Below are positions 38,550 through 49,800 of a stretch of 64,000 nt of DNA, piece after piece. The translations under genes were made by a program, and so were the position numbers. This stretch comes from Bacteroidia bacterium (GTDB lineage Bacteria; Bacteroidota; Bacteroidia; AKYH767-A; OLB10). Under the pieces are notes generated by a model. That model was given only the letters and a program-made list of their open reading frames with translations. It was not told the origin of the DNA and searched no databases. How positions within the stretch are numbered: position 1 is the stretch's first letter; every line of letters starts with the position of its first letter. The stretch lies in NCBI GenBank assembly GCA_016788185.1, contig JAEUTF010000128.1, forward strand, positions 16,500-80,499, given 5' to 3'.

Positions 38550-39740
38550 GTGAGAATTCTTCAACTCTGCATTCGTGTTCCTTTTCCGCCGGTTGACGGA
38601 GGCAGTATTGCCATGTATCATTTGCAGCAATCCTTGCATCAGAATGGGGTAGCGCTGAAGGTGCTTTCCTTTAACACCATTAAGCAACTGGCGGATATCG
38701 GATCACTGGATGCCGGCTACCGTAAAATGACCGGGATCGAAGGGGTTTACCTCGACAACCGTATCAAACCTTTTGCGGCGCTATTGAATATTTTCACCGG
38801 CGAATCTTATCACATCATCCGCTTTGTCAGAAGAGATTTTGAAGAGGCGCTGGTGAGGATTCTCAAGGAGAATACCTATGATGCGGTTTTGCTGGAAAGC
38901 CTGTATATGATTCCTTACCTGGAGGCGATCAGACGGCATTCAAAAGCGAAAATCATTTTACGCACCCACAACATTGAACACCTTATCTGGAAACGATTGG
39001 CGGTGGCCGAAGGAAACCCTTTCCGGAAATGGTACCTTAATCTTCTGGCTGAACGGCTTAAGCAATACGAGAAATGGTCGCTGAACCGGGTGGATGGCAT
39101 CGCCGCCATGACCCCCGAAGACGAAGCTTTATTGAAAGACCTGGGCGCCCGGGTTCCCATTTCCATTGCGCCGGTGGGAATCAATATCCATGACTATCCG
39201 CTCTACGCTCACCCCGATCCACAACTGGTTTTTCATCTGGGCGCCATGGACTGGTTACCAAACGTTGAAGGAATAGAATGGTTCATGACCAGGGTGTGGC
39301 CCTTGATTCATGCCCAATTTCCGGCTGCTAAACTGGCCCTGGCCGGAAAGAAAATGCCTGCATCCATCCGGTCTTTTTCCAGTCCGGATGTTAAGGTTCA
39401 GGATTTTGTAAAAGACAGCCGGCTTTTCATGGGACAAGGCGGAATCATGATTGTACCGCTCTTCAGCGGCAGCGGCATGCGGGTAAAAATTGTAGAAGGT
39501 ATGGCCTTAGGAAAAGCGATCGTGACCACCTCGATCGGGGCCGAAGGGATTGATGGAAAAGACGGTCAGGAATTTCTGATTGCCAATAGCCCTGAAGAAT
39601 TCGCCGACCGGGTTTTGCTCCTGTTGAAAGAACCGTCCCTTCAAATGGAATTGGGAAAACGCGCCCGCAGCTTTTGTGAAGCCAGGTTTGACAACAAAGC
39701 GATCGGAAAAGGACTGATTGCTTTCATTCAGCAGATTTAA
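38550..39740 (+). CDS. Glycosyltransferase family 4/1
   Basis: MRILQLCIRVPFPPVDGGSIAMY N-terminus and a GT-B C-terminal domain (GSGMRVKIVEGMALGKAIVTT). GTG start. Confidence 0.85.
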   Translation: MRILQLCIRVPFPPVDGGSIAMYHLQQSLHQNGVALKVLSFNTIKQLADIGSLDAGYRKMTGIEGVYLDNRIKPFAALLNIFTGESYHIIRFVRRDFEEALVRILKENTYDAVLLESLYMIPYLEAIRRHSKAKIILRTHNIEHLIWKRLAVAEGNPFRKWYLNLLAERLKQYEKWSLNRVDGIAAMTPEDEALLKDLGARVPISIAPVGINIHDYPLYAHPDPQLVFHLGAMDWLPNVEGIEWFMTRVWPLIHAQFPAAKLALAGKKMPASIRSFSSPDVKVQDFVKDSRLFMGQGGIMIVPLFSGSGMRVKIVEGMALGKAIVTTSIGAEGIDGKDGQEFLIANSPEEFADRVLLLLKEPSLQMELGKRARSFCEARFDNKAIGKGLIAFIQQI

Positions 39741-39977
39741 CCCAATGGCATTGATTAACAATATTTTAATTGAAGATGAGTGTTGGAAATAGGAAATTCC
39801 GAAAGCACCTTCTCCTGAGGTTCCGGACTGAAATGTAAACAATTAATGGTCAGTACTTTAATAATTAAGATTGCTTATTAAAAATTGGATTGTGAGTAAT
39901 TCAATGTTTTATAGTACTTAGTATAGATTTTTTCACTAATATTGCAGCCCCAATTTCAGGGTAAAATATCTAAAATC

Positions 39978-40337
39978 ATGGACTTACTCAAAGTAGTGCA
40001 GGAGCAGTTGGTTGAAACTAAAAAATGGCCTGAATTCAAGTCAGGTGACACCATCACTGTATATTATAAAATCATCGAGGGAAACAAAGAACGTGAACAG
40101 CAGTTCCAGGGCGTTGTTTTGCAGCGACGTGGAGCGGGTGTTACCGAAACTTTTACCATCCGTAAAATTTCCGGTGGAGTAGGTGTGGAACGTATCTTCC
40201 CCGTTCATAGCCCGAAAATCACCCGCATCGATGTGAATAAGCGCGGAAAAGTACGTCGGGCCCGTATCTTCTATCTCCGTGATATGGTAGGTAAAAATGC
40301 CCGTATCGAAGAGAAAAAGGTAAATACCAAGTCCTGA
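39978..40337 (+). CDS. rplS: 50S ribosomal protein L19
   Basis: [62 protein letters not shown] is a canonical L19 sequence. ATG at 39978. Confidence 0.96.
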   Translation: MDLLKVVQEQLVETKKWPEFKSGDTITVYYKIIEGNKEREQQFQGVVLQRRGAGVTETFTIRKISGGVGVERIFPVHSPKITRIDVNKRGKVRRARIFYLRDMVGKNARIEEKKVNTKS

Positions 40338-40367
40338 TCAACAGGCCTGTTTGGCCAATAAAATTTT

Positions 40368-40399
40368 AAAGCTGTCTTCGTTGAGGACAGCTTTTTTTT
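40368..40399 (+). terminator. Intrinsic terminator after rplS
   Basis: Stem aaagctgtc / gacagcttt followed by a T8 run. Confidence 0.85.
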
Positions 40400-40896
40400 G
40401 CACTGTATGAAAGGCTGTTTTCCTTCGTTTGGAAATTTAAAACTATAGGGAAGATCAGGTGGATGATGCCAAGCGGTTTTACCGGTAACTCTGAAAGGAT
40501 TTTCAGACCATTATAGAAATCATCAAGCTAACAAGGTCGTACTGTTATTGCGAATTCTATTTTCAGGAATTGACATTCAACCCGTTTTTATAGGATTTTA
40601 TTTATATTAAACCGGACAATTCCGGTACCGGCCTCATAATTTTACACAATGCTTGCAAATGCCGGATTTTTTTGCAACATTTCTGAAAGCTAAGTATTGC
40701 TATTTATTGAATTAGTCAACCTGACCTTTAAAGTTCCTTTCATCTAAACTTTTAAAAAGCACCTAAAAAAATTCACGGTAACCGCATATTCTTATTGACC
40801 GGTCACTGATCGTTTCATTCTTTCTGCTTTGATACTTTCTGAAAAAATCTAAAAATCATAACGCATTTTATTGCTTTAAACCTAAACCTGCCCATT

Positions 40897-43800
40897 ATGG
40901 AAAAAACCGCTACCCTATCAAACACGTGGAAAAAATGCACGCTGTCAATAAAACTATGGATGGCTTTCACCTGTATTCTGGTTCATTTTAGCAACGATCT
41001 GCGTGCACAGATTTCAGTGACCGTAACCAATCCGGCCAATACCACACCCAACCTGTCAGCCACGTATCCTTCCCTTTCAAGTGCTCTGAATGCCCTGAAC
41101 GCGGTCACGGCCATGACTGGCCCTGTTACCTTAACGCTCGGCGCCGGCACATCCGAAACGGCTCCTCCCAATGGACTGACCATTGGCAGTGCCACGCTCA
41201 ATCCTGTTTTGAGTCCGGTAAACACCGTGACCCTCATCAAGGCCGGTGGCATCGTTACCTTAAATGCGGGAATTGGGGTGGCCACACCCTCCAGTGCGGT
41301 ACCCGATGGCATCCTTAAAATTGCTGGTGCCGATTACATCACCCTCAACGGACTGACCTTTACGGATGGCAATCTTAGTAACCCGGCCACCATGGAATTC
41401 GGACTGGCACTGTTCAAAGCAAGTCCATCCGATGGCGCCGGCAACAATACCATTCAGAATTGCTCCTTTAATATGCAGCGTGTAAACAACGATGCAGGAA
41501 CTGCTCCAATGGCGGAGGGTTCGGTGGCCATCCTGGTGATCAATGCCGCTCCTGGAGCAGCAACCACTGCGCTTACCCCAACCACAGCAGCCGGAACAAA
41601 TTCAAACAATAGATTTTTTAACAATACCATCATTGGCGGTAATTATGGAATCGTTTTAAGCGGATTTGCAGCCAGCTCACCTTTTACTACCGGAGACCAG
41701 GGCAATGACATAGGAGGAACCGGAACATCCACAGGAAATTTCATTTTCAATTACGGCGGTGGTGGCAGCTTAAATCAGGCAGCAGCCATCCGGGCCAATC
41801 ATCAATGGTCGCTTAATATTTCCTATAACACCATCAACAACAACAATGGGGGAGGAGTGAACCATGGAACAACGCTTCGCGGAATTCATACAGAGACGGG
41901 TAACGGAGCCAGTGCCACCATCAACAACAACTCGGTTACTGTCAATGGAGGTGGAACCACAACAGCTTTGATCGCGATTGACAATGGACTCGGTAACGCC
42001 GGCAGTTCCAATACCATCCAAATAAACAACAACACCATCAGTGCGTGTACCTATTCAACAGCTACCAGCGGAACTTTTACAGGAATTCAAAATACCGCAA
42101 CGGCTGCAACGGTGAATATAAATGGCAATACAGTATCCGGAAATTCGACAGGAGGTACCGGCCTTCACAACATGATTTTAAATACCGCCGTGCTTCCTGT
42201 ACTGAACATCAATTCAAACACCATCAGCAACAACCTGCGTACAGCTTCCTCCGGAACACAAAGGGGGATCAGTTTTGGAAGTCCGAGCGTCGGCACGATC
42301 AATGGCAATACGATTGAATTAATGAGTTTTCCACTTACTGCCACTTCTGTTGCAATCGATGGCATCTATGGTCTATCCAATTCGGTCAACATGACCATTA
42401 ACAACAACATCATCAGAAATCTGTCTATCCCTTCTACAGGAATAATTACCGGAATTCGTGAATTCGGCATCAGTGGGAACAAAATCATTCAAAACAACCA
42501 GGTGTTTAATTTCACCACCGTCTCAGGAGGAACAGGTGGTTCAACGTTTATTGGAATAAACTGCTCGGTAGGCGACATTAATATCAGCAATAACCTTATA
42601 CACAGCCTGAACAGTACGGGAAGTCCGGGTGGTGCGAGTGGAGGCTGCGCGGGAATCCAGATCACCAACAGTACCACCAGCGTCATTTCCAGGAATAAAA
42701 TTTACAATATCTCAAGCGCCAGTGTCACTCCCACCGTGGTAGGTATCATCACCGGAGGAGGTGCCAACACCTCCATATTCAACAACCTGGTGGGCGATTT
42801 GAGAACACCTTCCGCCAACTCTACCCATCCGCTGGCCGGCATCAGCATATCCGGTGGAAGTGTAGCCCATGTTTCCTACAACACCATTTATTTAAACACC
42901 AGTAGTTCCGGACTTAATTTTGGCTCGAGCGGAATATACGCCTCCATCACCCCAACGCTGACGTTGAGAAACAACATTGTCATCAACACGTCTGCATTTT
43001 CCGGTTCGGGTTTAACGGCTGCTTATCGCCGAAGCAGCGGAACCACCGGTGTGATTCCGTCCACCTATTCGCCGGCTTCCGACAATAATATCTTCTTTGC
43101 GGGAATTCACTTTATTTATGTTGAAGGTATAGGACCCTACACCAACGTACAAAATACCATGGCGGGCTACAAAGCATTTATGGTTTCCATCGATCAGGCC
43201 TCGGTAACGGAAAATTGTGTTCCTTCCTTCTTAAGCACTGTGGGTAGTTCAGCCGGTTTCCTGCACTTTTTACCCGGAGCCAGTACCCTGGCGGAAAGTG
43301 CCGCCTTCCCCATCCCGGGGATCACCGATGATTTTGACGGCAATGCGAGAAGTGCCTCTTCCCCGGATATCGGCGCCGATGAATTTTCAGGTTCCAACCC
43401 GTCTTTCGTCGCACTCGACATGCGACCCTTCGGACTACTGACACCTTCTTCATCGTCTTGTTACGGCTCTGCGGAAGTCATCACAGCCCAGTTGAAAAAC
43501 AATGGTACCAACGCCCTGAATTTTGCAGTGAACAATTGCAACGTTTCTGTTACGGTGACGGGACCGGTCAGCACCTCATTCAATGCCACCATCAATACCG
43601 GCACCCTTGCTCCAGGAGCCACCATGAATTTACTCTTGCCGGGAACCCTGAACATGTCCGCTGCAGGCACCTATTCATTCACCATTAATACAACCATGGC
43701 TGGTGATCTGAATCCATCCAATGATAATTTCGGACCGACCACACGTACGGTCAACTCCTCTGTTTCATTACCTCAAATGGTAAATTTCAACGGCTATAAC

Positions 43801-46800
43801 GGCTCAAACCTCAGTACTGTTTTTCCCGGATGGCGCGAAGCAAATACCGCCATTCTTCCGACAGGAACCACCTCCTCCTGGACCAGCAGCACTATAATTC
43901 CTCTTTCTGGCAACACGGCCAGGGTAAACTTGGTTAACAATTCAAAAAATGAATGGCTGGTAGGTCCCAAATTTGTTTGTGGACCGGGTACCTACCTCGG
44001 ATTCAAAATTGCCATCACCGATTTTAATTTTTCCACCCCTGACGCCTCGGGCATGCAGGGTACCGATGATAAGGTGATCGTGAAAATATCAACGGACTGC
44101 GGCAATACCTTTACTGATTTATTTACCTACAATGCGGCCAACACGGCTACCATCAGCAATACACTGGTTCCCCAGTTAATCAACCTGTCCGCCTACAGTG
44201 GCCAGCAGGTTATCATCGCATTCTTTGCAACCGAAGGAGTGGTGAATGACATTCCGGATTATGATTTCCATATTGATGATATCAATATCGGAACCATCTG
44301 TACAGGAACGCCTGTGGCCGGTGCTATTTCAGCATCCGTACCAGGTCCTTTCTGTGGTACCGGCAGTACGGTATTAACTTCCTCCGGAGCTTCTTCTGAT
44401 AACGGTATCGTGTACCAGTGGTACAGTTCTGCGGTGTCCGGTTCGGGCTATACCCCGGTACCCGGGGCGATACTTCCCAATTATACCGCCAGTGGTTTTA
44501 CCTCCTCCGCATTTTTTAAGTTATCGGTCAAATGTATTTCCAGCGGCGACTCCGTACTAAGCAATGAAATAGGCCTTCTGGTACTTCCGAAACCAACGGT
44601 AAGCGTGACTCCGGATTCGGGTGGATACTGTGGCAGCGGCAGCATCGCCCTGGCAGCGTCAGGAGCGGTTTTGTACGCCTGGTCACCTTCCACGGGTCTC
44701 AGTGGCACGACAGGTCCGAATGTAACAGCCAGTCCGGCCAGCAATACGGTTTACACGGTAACCGGTACGGATATAAACGGTTGCACCAACACAGCCACCG
44801 CTTCCGTATATGCTTTCAATATACCGTCGCCCTTGTCCATCGCACCAGCATCCCCCGCTGTTTGTCCTGGTTCTTCCATCCTCTTAAATGCGGTAGGAGG
44901 TACCACCAATGACCTCATTTCCGGGTCGATCACTTTTAATCTGACGAACCCTGCCGGCGATGAAGACAATGGGATTACAGGTACTCCGGGTTTCATATGT
45001 CCGGGCAATAATCAGATAGCTTCCTTTGTTCTTCCCCCTGTTCCGGGAACTTATACCAGTGCCCGTTTGTCCATCAACGGCATCATGCTTCAGGGCAACT
45101 CCTTCGGCTCTGAAATACGGCTTCACCTGAGTGGATCGGGAATTACCGGTACATCGGGATGTTATCAGGGAGCCAGTACAGGGGGAACACCCAACCCCGT
45201 GAATTACCTCACCGGTGTACCCACCCTGAATGATACCACCCTGCTGGCGGCCTTGTTAAACACTGCCGGTGGCACCGTGAACATCCGGTACAGCGAGTCA
45301 TTCAATGACATTATCACCGGACCGGATGCCCTTTTCCCGGCAACCGCCACCTTACAGTACACGTACGCAGCACCACAACCGCTCATCACCTGGAATCCGG
45401 GCAATCTGAGTGGTACTTCACAAACAGTTTCTCCGGCTGTGAGCACGACCTACAGCGCTACGGCCACGTCGATGTTTGGTTGTTCTACCAATGCCAGCAC
45501 GAACGTTATGGTGTATCCACCCATGACGGCATTGGCTGCGGCCGCTAACGCCAGCTGTGCCACCTGTGCCGATGGATCGGTCAGCATCAGTTCCATAAAC
45601 GGAGGTACGCCACCTCACACATTTACCAACCTCAGCGGCCTCCTCCCCGGAAATTACTGCATTCTGGTGACCGACGCGAACGGATGTACCACCACCGCCT
45701 GCGCCACGGTTCAAGGTGCCAATTGCAATCTGCTGGTCAGCACCAGCTTCACCAATGCCTCCTGCAACGGAGCCGCTAACGGCAGCGCCGCCGCCGCCGC
45801 CAGTGGTGGTGTTTTCTCTGGACCGTTTACTTACAGCTGGTCCAATGGTTCTACCGGAGCCAATATCTCGGGCTTATCGGCCGGAACCTATACCGTGGTG
45901 GTGGCTGAGCCTTCCAGTGGTTGCTACGCAGAGAAAAGCGTTCAGATTGCAGAGCCGGAACCCATTGCGGTGAATGCGAGCAGCACCCCCGCCAGTTGCA
46001 CCGGTACGGCCACTGGAAGTATAAACATATCGGTGAGCGGCGGGGCGGTTCCCGAAAACAGTGTTTTTGATTTCAACAGTGGACTTCAGGGCTGGACCAC
46101 AGGAAGCCTGGGGACATCTTGTTCCGGAAATGCCACCGCCAGCTCCGGATGGAGTTCGCAGGCTTTTGGCTTCTCGGGAAGCAGTTTTGGTATTCCCGGC
46201 CCGAACAGCAATGTCCAGAACAGCTACATCGAATCGCCTGTATTGAATCTTCCATCCGTCATTCACCTGAATGCCAGATCGTGGTCAAACAACGAAGGAG
46301 GATACCCCTGTTTTTACGACGTGGAATATGCAGAATATTCTACCGATGGAGGGATCAGCTGGCAGCCTTTCTTCAACATCTACCAGACCAACCTGCACAA
46401 CGGTGACATCGCATCCTGGAACATGCTGAATTACTCGGCAAATATCATCCCCAGCACCAATGGCAAAATACGTTTTCGTTACGACACCGGCGACGGTTGC
46501 TGCGGCAGCACCGTTAACAACCCGGGATGGTTTATTGACGATGTAACCATTGCCAACACGACCACCACGCCGGCCACCTTCACCTTTTTGTGGAGCAATG
46601 GTTCTACGGCACAAAATCTCAGTGGTGTAACGGCCGGAACCTATACACTTACCGTTACCTCTTCAAACGGATGCAGCTACGTCAGTACACATACGGTTGC
46701 CGATCCGGTTCCGCTGGTAGCCGATGCCAGCGGTACGGGTGTAAGTTGTTTTGGTGGCAATGACGGAACCGCCACGGTGAGTGCCAGCGGTGGCAACCTG

Positions 46801-49800
46801 ATGAACTATTCCGTTGGCAGTGTCGCAGGATCTTTGCCGTTTCAGGGTTCAGTTGCAGTGGCACCTGTTCCGATCGGAACCTGTAATTGTCCGCCCGGTT
46901 TTGTGGCTGTTGGTTTCAGTGCCAGAGCCGGGTCCTTTGTGGATCAGATCAACCTGGAATGCCGTGAATTGTTAAGCAACGGAACCTTGGGTGCCACGGT
47001 GGTTTCAACCTGCACCAATGGCACCAGTGGAGGAGGTATTCCATATGGTCCGTATTTATCAGTCGGCAACCAGGCGCTGGTGAAAGCTACCATTCTTGAA
47101 CCCACCAACCCTTGCCCCAATTGCTACCCACGCGGAATGAACGCCGATTCAAAAGCGATATCCGAAATTGCGGCGGGCAGCAGCAACAACTCCGGGCTTA
47201 GCAACATTGGTGGGTTTGTAACTTTCGGAGGCAGCCCCAATACCGTTACTGCACCCGATGGACATGCCATCGTGGGCATGATTACGTATACAACCAGCGG
47301 AGCCGGCTGGTTTCAGGGCGTTCAATTTCTGTATGCGCCTATTATCGCTACAACTCAACCTTCCTCATATACCTGGAGCAATGGTGCGACCACGTCATCC
47401 ATCAGCGGTTTATCACCGGGCAATTATTGCGTTACCATTACCGATGCGAACGGATGCACCGCCAGCGATTGTTACCAGGTTACACAGTCGGCAAGCCCTC
47501 TTTCAGTGATTTGCCACGGCAGTGCTGTTACCTGTAACGGTGCCAATGACGGCATTGCTGCCGTGACGGCGAACGGAGGAAGTACCTACCAGGGTTCTCC
47601 CTACGGTGAACATACCTTCAGTTATACAGGATCCGTTCAGACCTTTACGGTACCACCCGGAGTCACCTCCATCAACATCGAAGCCTTCGGAGCACAGGGT
47701 GCTTCGGGTTCACCAGGCGGTAACGCCAGTGCCGGTGGAGCTGGTGGATTGGGCGCCAAAGTGAAGGGGAGCATGGCTGTTATACCCGGACAGACCTTTA
47801 CGATTCATGTAGGAGGAGCTGCTTCCGGTGCCACCGCTGGTTTCAACGGCGGCGGAACAGGAGGAAATCAACTCGCCGGTGGCGGTGGTGGTGCCTCTGA
47901 TGTTCGTTTCGGCGGCACGACGGCAGCACATCGGATACTCGTAGCCGGTGGCGGTGGCGGCGGTGGCCGTGGTGGCTGTGAACAAACAGTCGCTTTTGGC
48001 GGAGCCGGTGGTGTTGGAGGAGGAGGTAGCGGAGCGAACGGTGCCAATGCCCCTACATCCGGCGGGGTGGCCGGGGGTGGATTTGGCGCGGCCGGACAAA
48101 CCGGCGGAGCGGCCGGTGTGGGCTGTAGCGGCTTCCTGGGTATTCCCGGCCTTTCTGCGACCAATGAAAACGGAGCGAACGGAGGAGATGGCCAATCCTG
48201 TTGCTGCTTTAACGCATTCAGCATCCCTGGTGGCGGCGGCGGCGGCGGCGGATACCTCGGCGGCGGCGGTGGCGGCGGCGGATCTGCCGGTACCGTAAGT
48301 TGCTCCGGAAACGATAAAGGAGGCGGTGGAGGTGGAGCCGGTGGCACCAGTTATCTGGCAGGTATTTTAAGCAATACCCTGACGGCAAACGGCATCCATG
48401 CCGGAAACGGAAAAGTAGTGATCAGTTACGGAGTTCAACCGTATACGTATGCATGGAGCAACGGTGGTACAACGGCCAGCATCAATGGTCTTGCGCCGGG
48501 TACCTATTGTGTAACGGTAACGGATAGTACCGGATGTTCAGAAACCTGCTGCTATACCATTTTTGAACCGGCTCCATTAACGGCCACCATGACGAAAACA
48601 GATCCCGTTTGCAATGGCGATACCAATGGCGTAGCCACGGCGATGGTCACCGGCGGTCTGACTACCGATCTTCAGGTGAATACACCTTTTGCCGGCAGTC
48701 CTCTGTCCTATGGGGCATCCTTCGGTCCTCAGGTTTTCAACCTGACTGCCGATGTGGTGTACCTGGCGGATCAAAGCGCTTCGTACCTGGGTTGTTCACC
48801 CTATACCCCCGGTAACCTGACCGGTAAAATTGCACTGATCGACCGGGGTACCTGTACGTTTGTTACCAAAGTGCTGAATGCACAAAATGCAGGAGCAATC
48901 GGTGTCATCATGGTTCAGAATACCACGGCAGCGCCGGTTGTAATGGGAGGAGCCAATGCAGCAATCACCATCCCTTCCATGATGATCAGCCTTTCAGACG
49001 GAGCATCCTTGAAAGCGGCCCTTACCGGTTTAAATACGGTCAATGTTACTTTAAGTTCTACCGCTTATCAGTATACCTGGTCAAATGGAAGTACAGGAAC
49101 GAACACGATTACCGGATTGGGAGCAACAACCTATAGCGTTACCATCAGCGATGCTTCAGGTTGTACCACTTCCGGGTCAACAACATTGATAGATCCCCCT
49201 GCCTTGCTCGTGAGCACCACTTCATCCGCTGTTACCTGCAATGGCCTGTCCAACGGTACGGCCACTGCCAATGCCAGTGGAGGAAATCCAAACTGTGACT
49301 TAGGTGCTACCGATGTCATCAACAACTTTTTCATTGTAAGCCCGACCATTTCATCAGGTCAGAATTTTGTTGCCTGTAATACCGGAGCCATCACACAGAT
49401 CACCGTAAATGTCAATACCGGAACAACCGGCCAGATCATGCTTTCCATGGCCCCGGGAACCGACACCTCCGTACCAACCTATACACAACTGCTGAATGCG
49501 CCAACCACCGCAGGAGTGTGGGTGATCAACCTGACTACGCCCTTCCCGGTGACCATGGGTAACACCTATTCGTTTTCACTGGGTGGACCCGGAAGTACAG
49601 TACCGGCCAGTTTCATCGGGATTGGCTTCACAGACCCTGGCTTGTCGTATCTCAGCGGAAATGCCATTCAGAATAATGCTCAGGTGTCAACGGCCGACCT
49701 TTACTTTGGAATACATGTGGCCGGCAGTGTGAATTTACCCTACACTTTTGCCTGGAGCAACGGCGCCACCAGCAGCGGTTTCGGTTCAACCATTGGCGGA

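Noticed and set aside
47868-48347. 159-aa proline-rich ORF (PPPPPPP...) on the minus strand
   Set aside because: It is the reverse-complement shadow of the GGN-rich glycine domain of the giant plus-strand ORF. Gly codons GGN read as Pro codons NCC on the other strand. It has no independent support.
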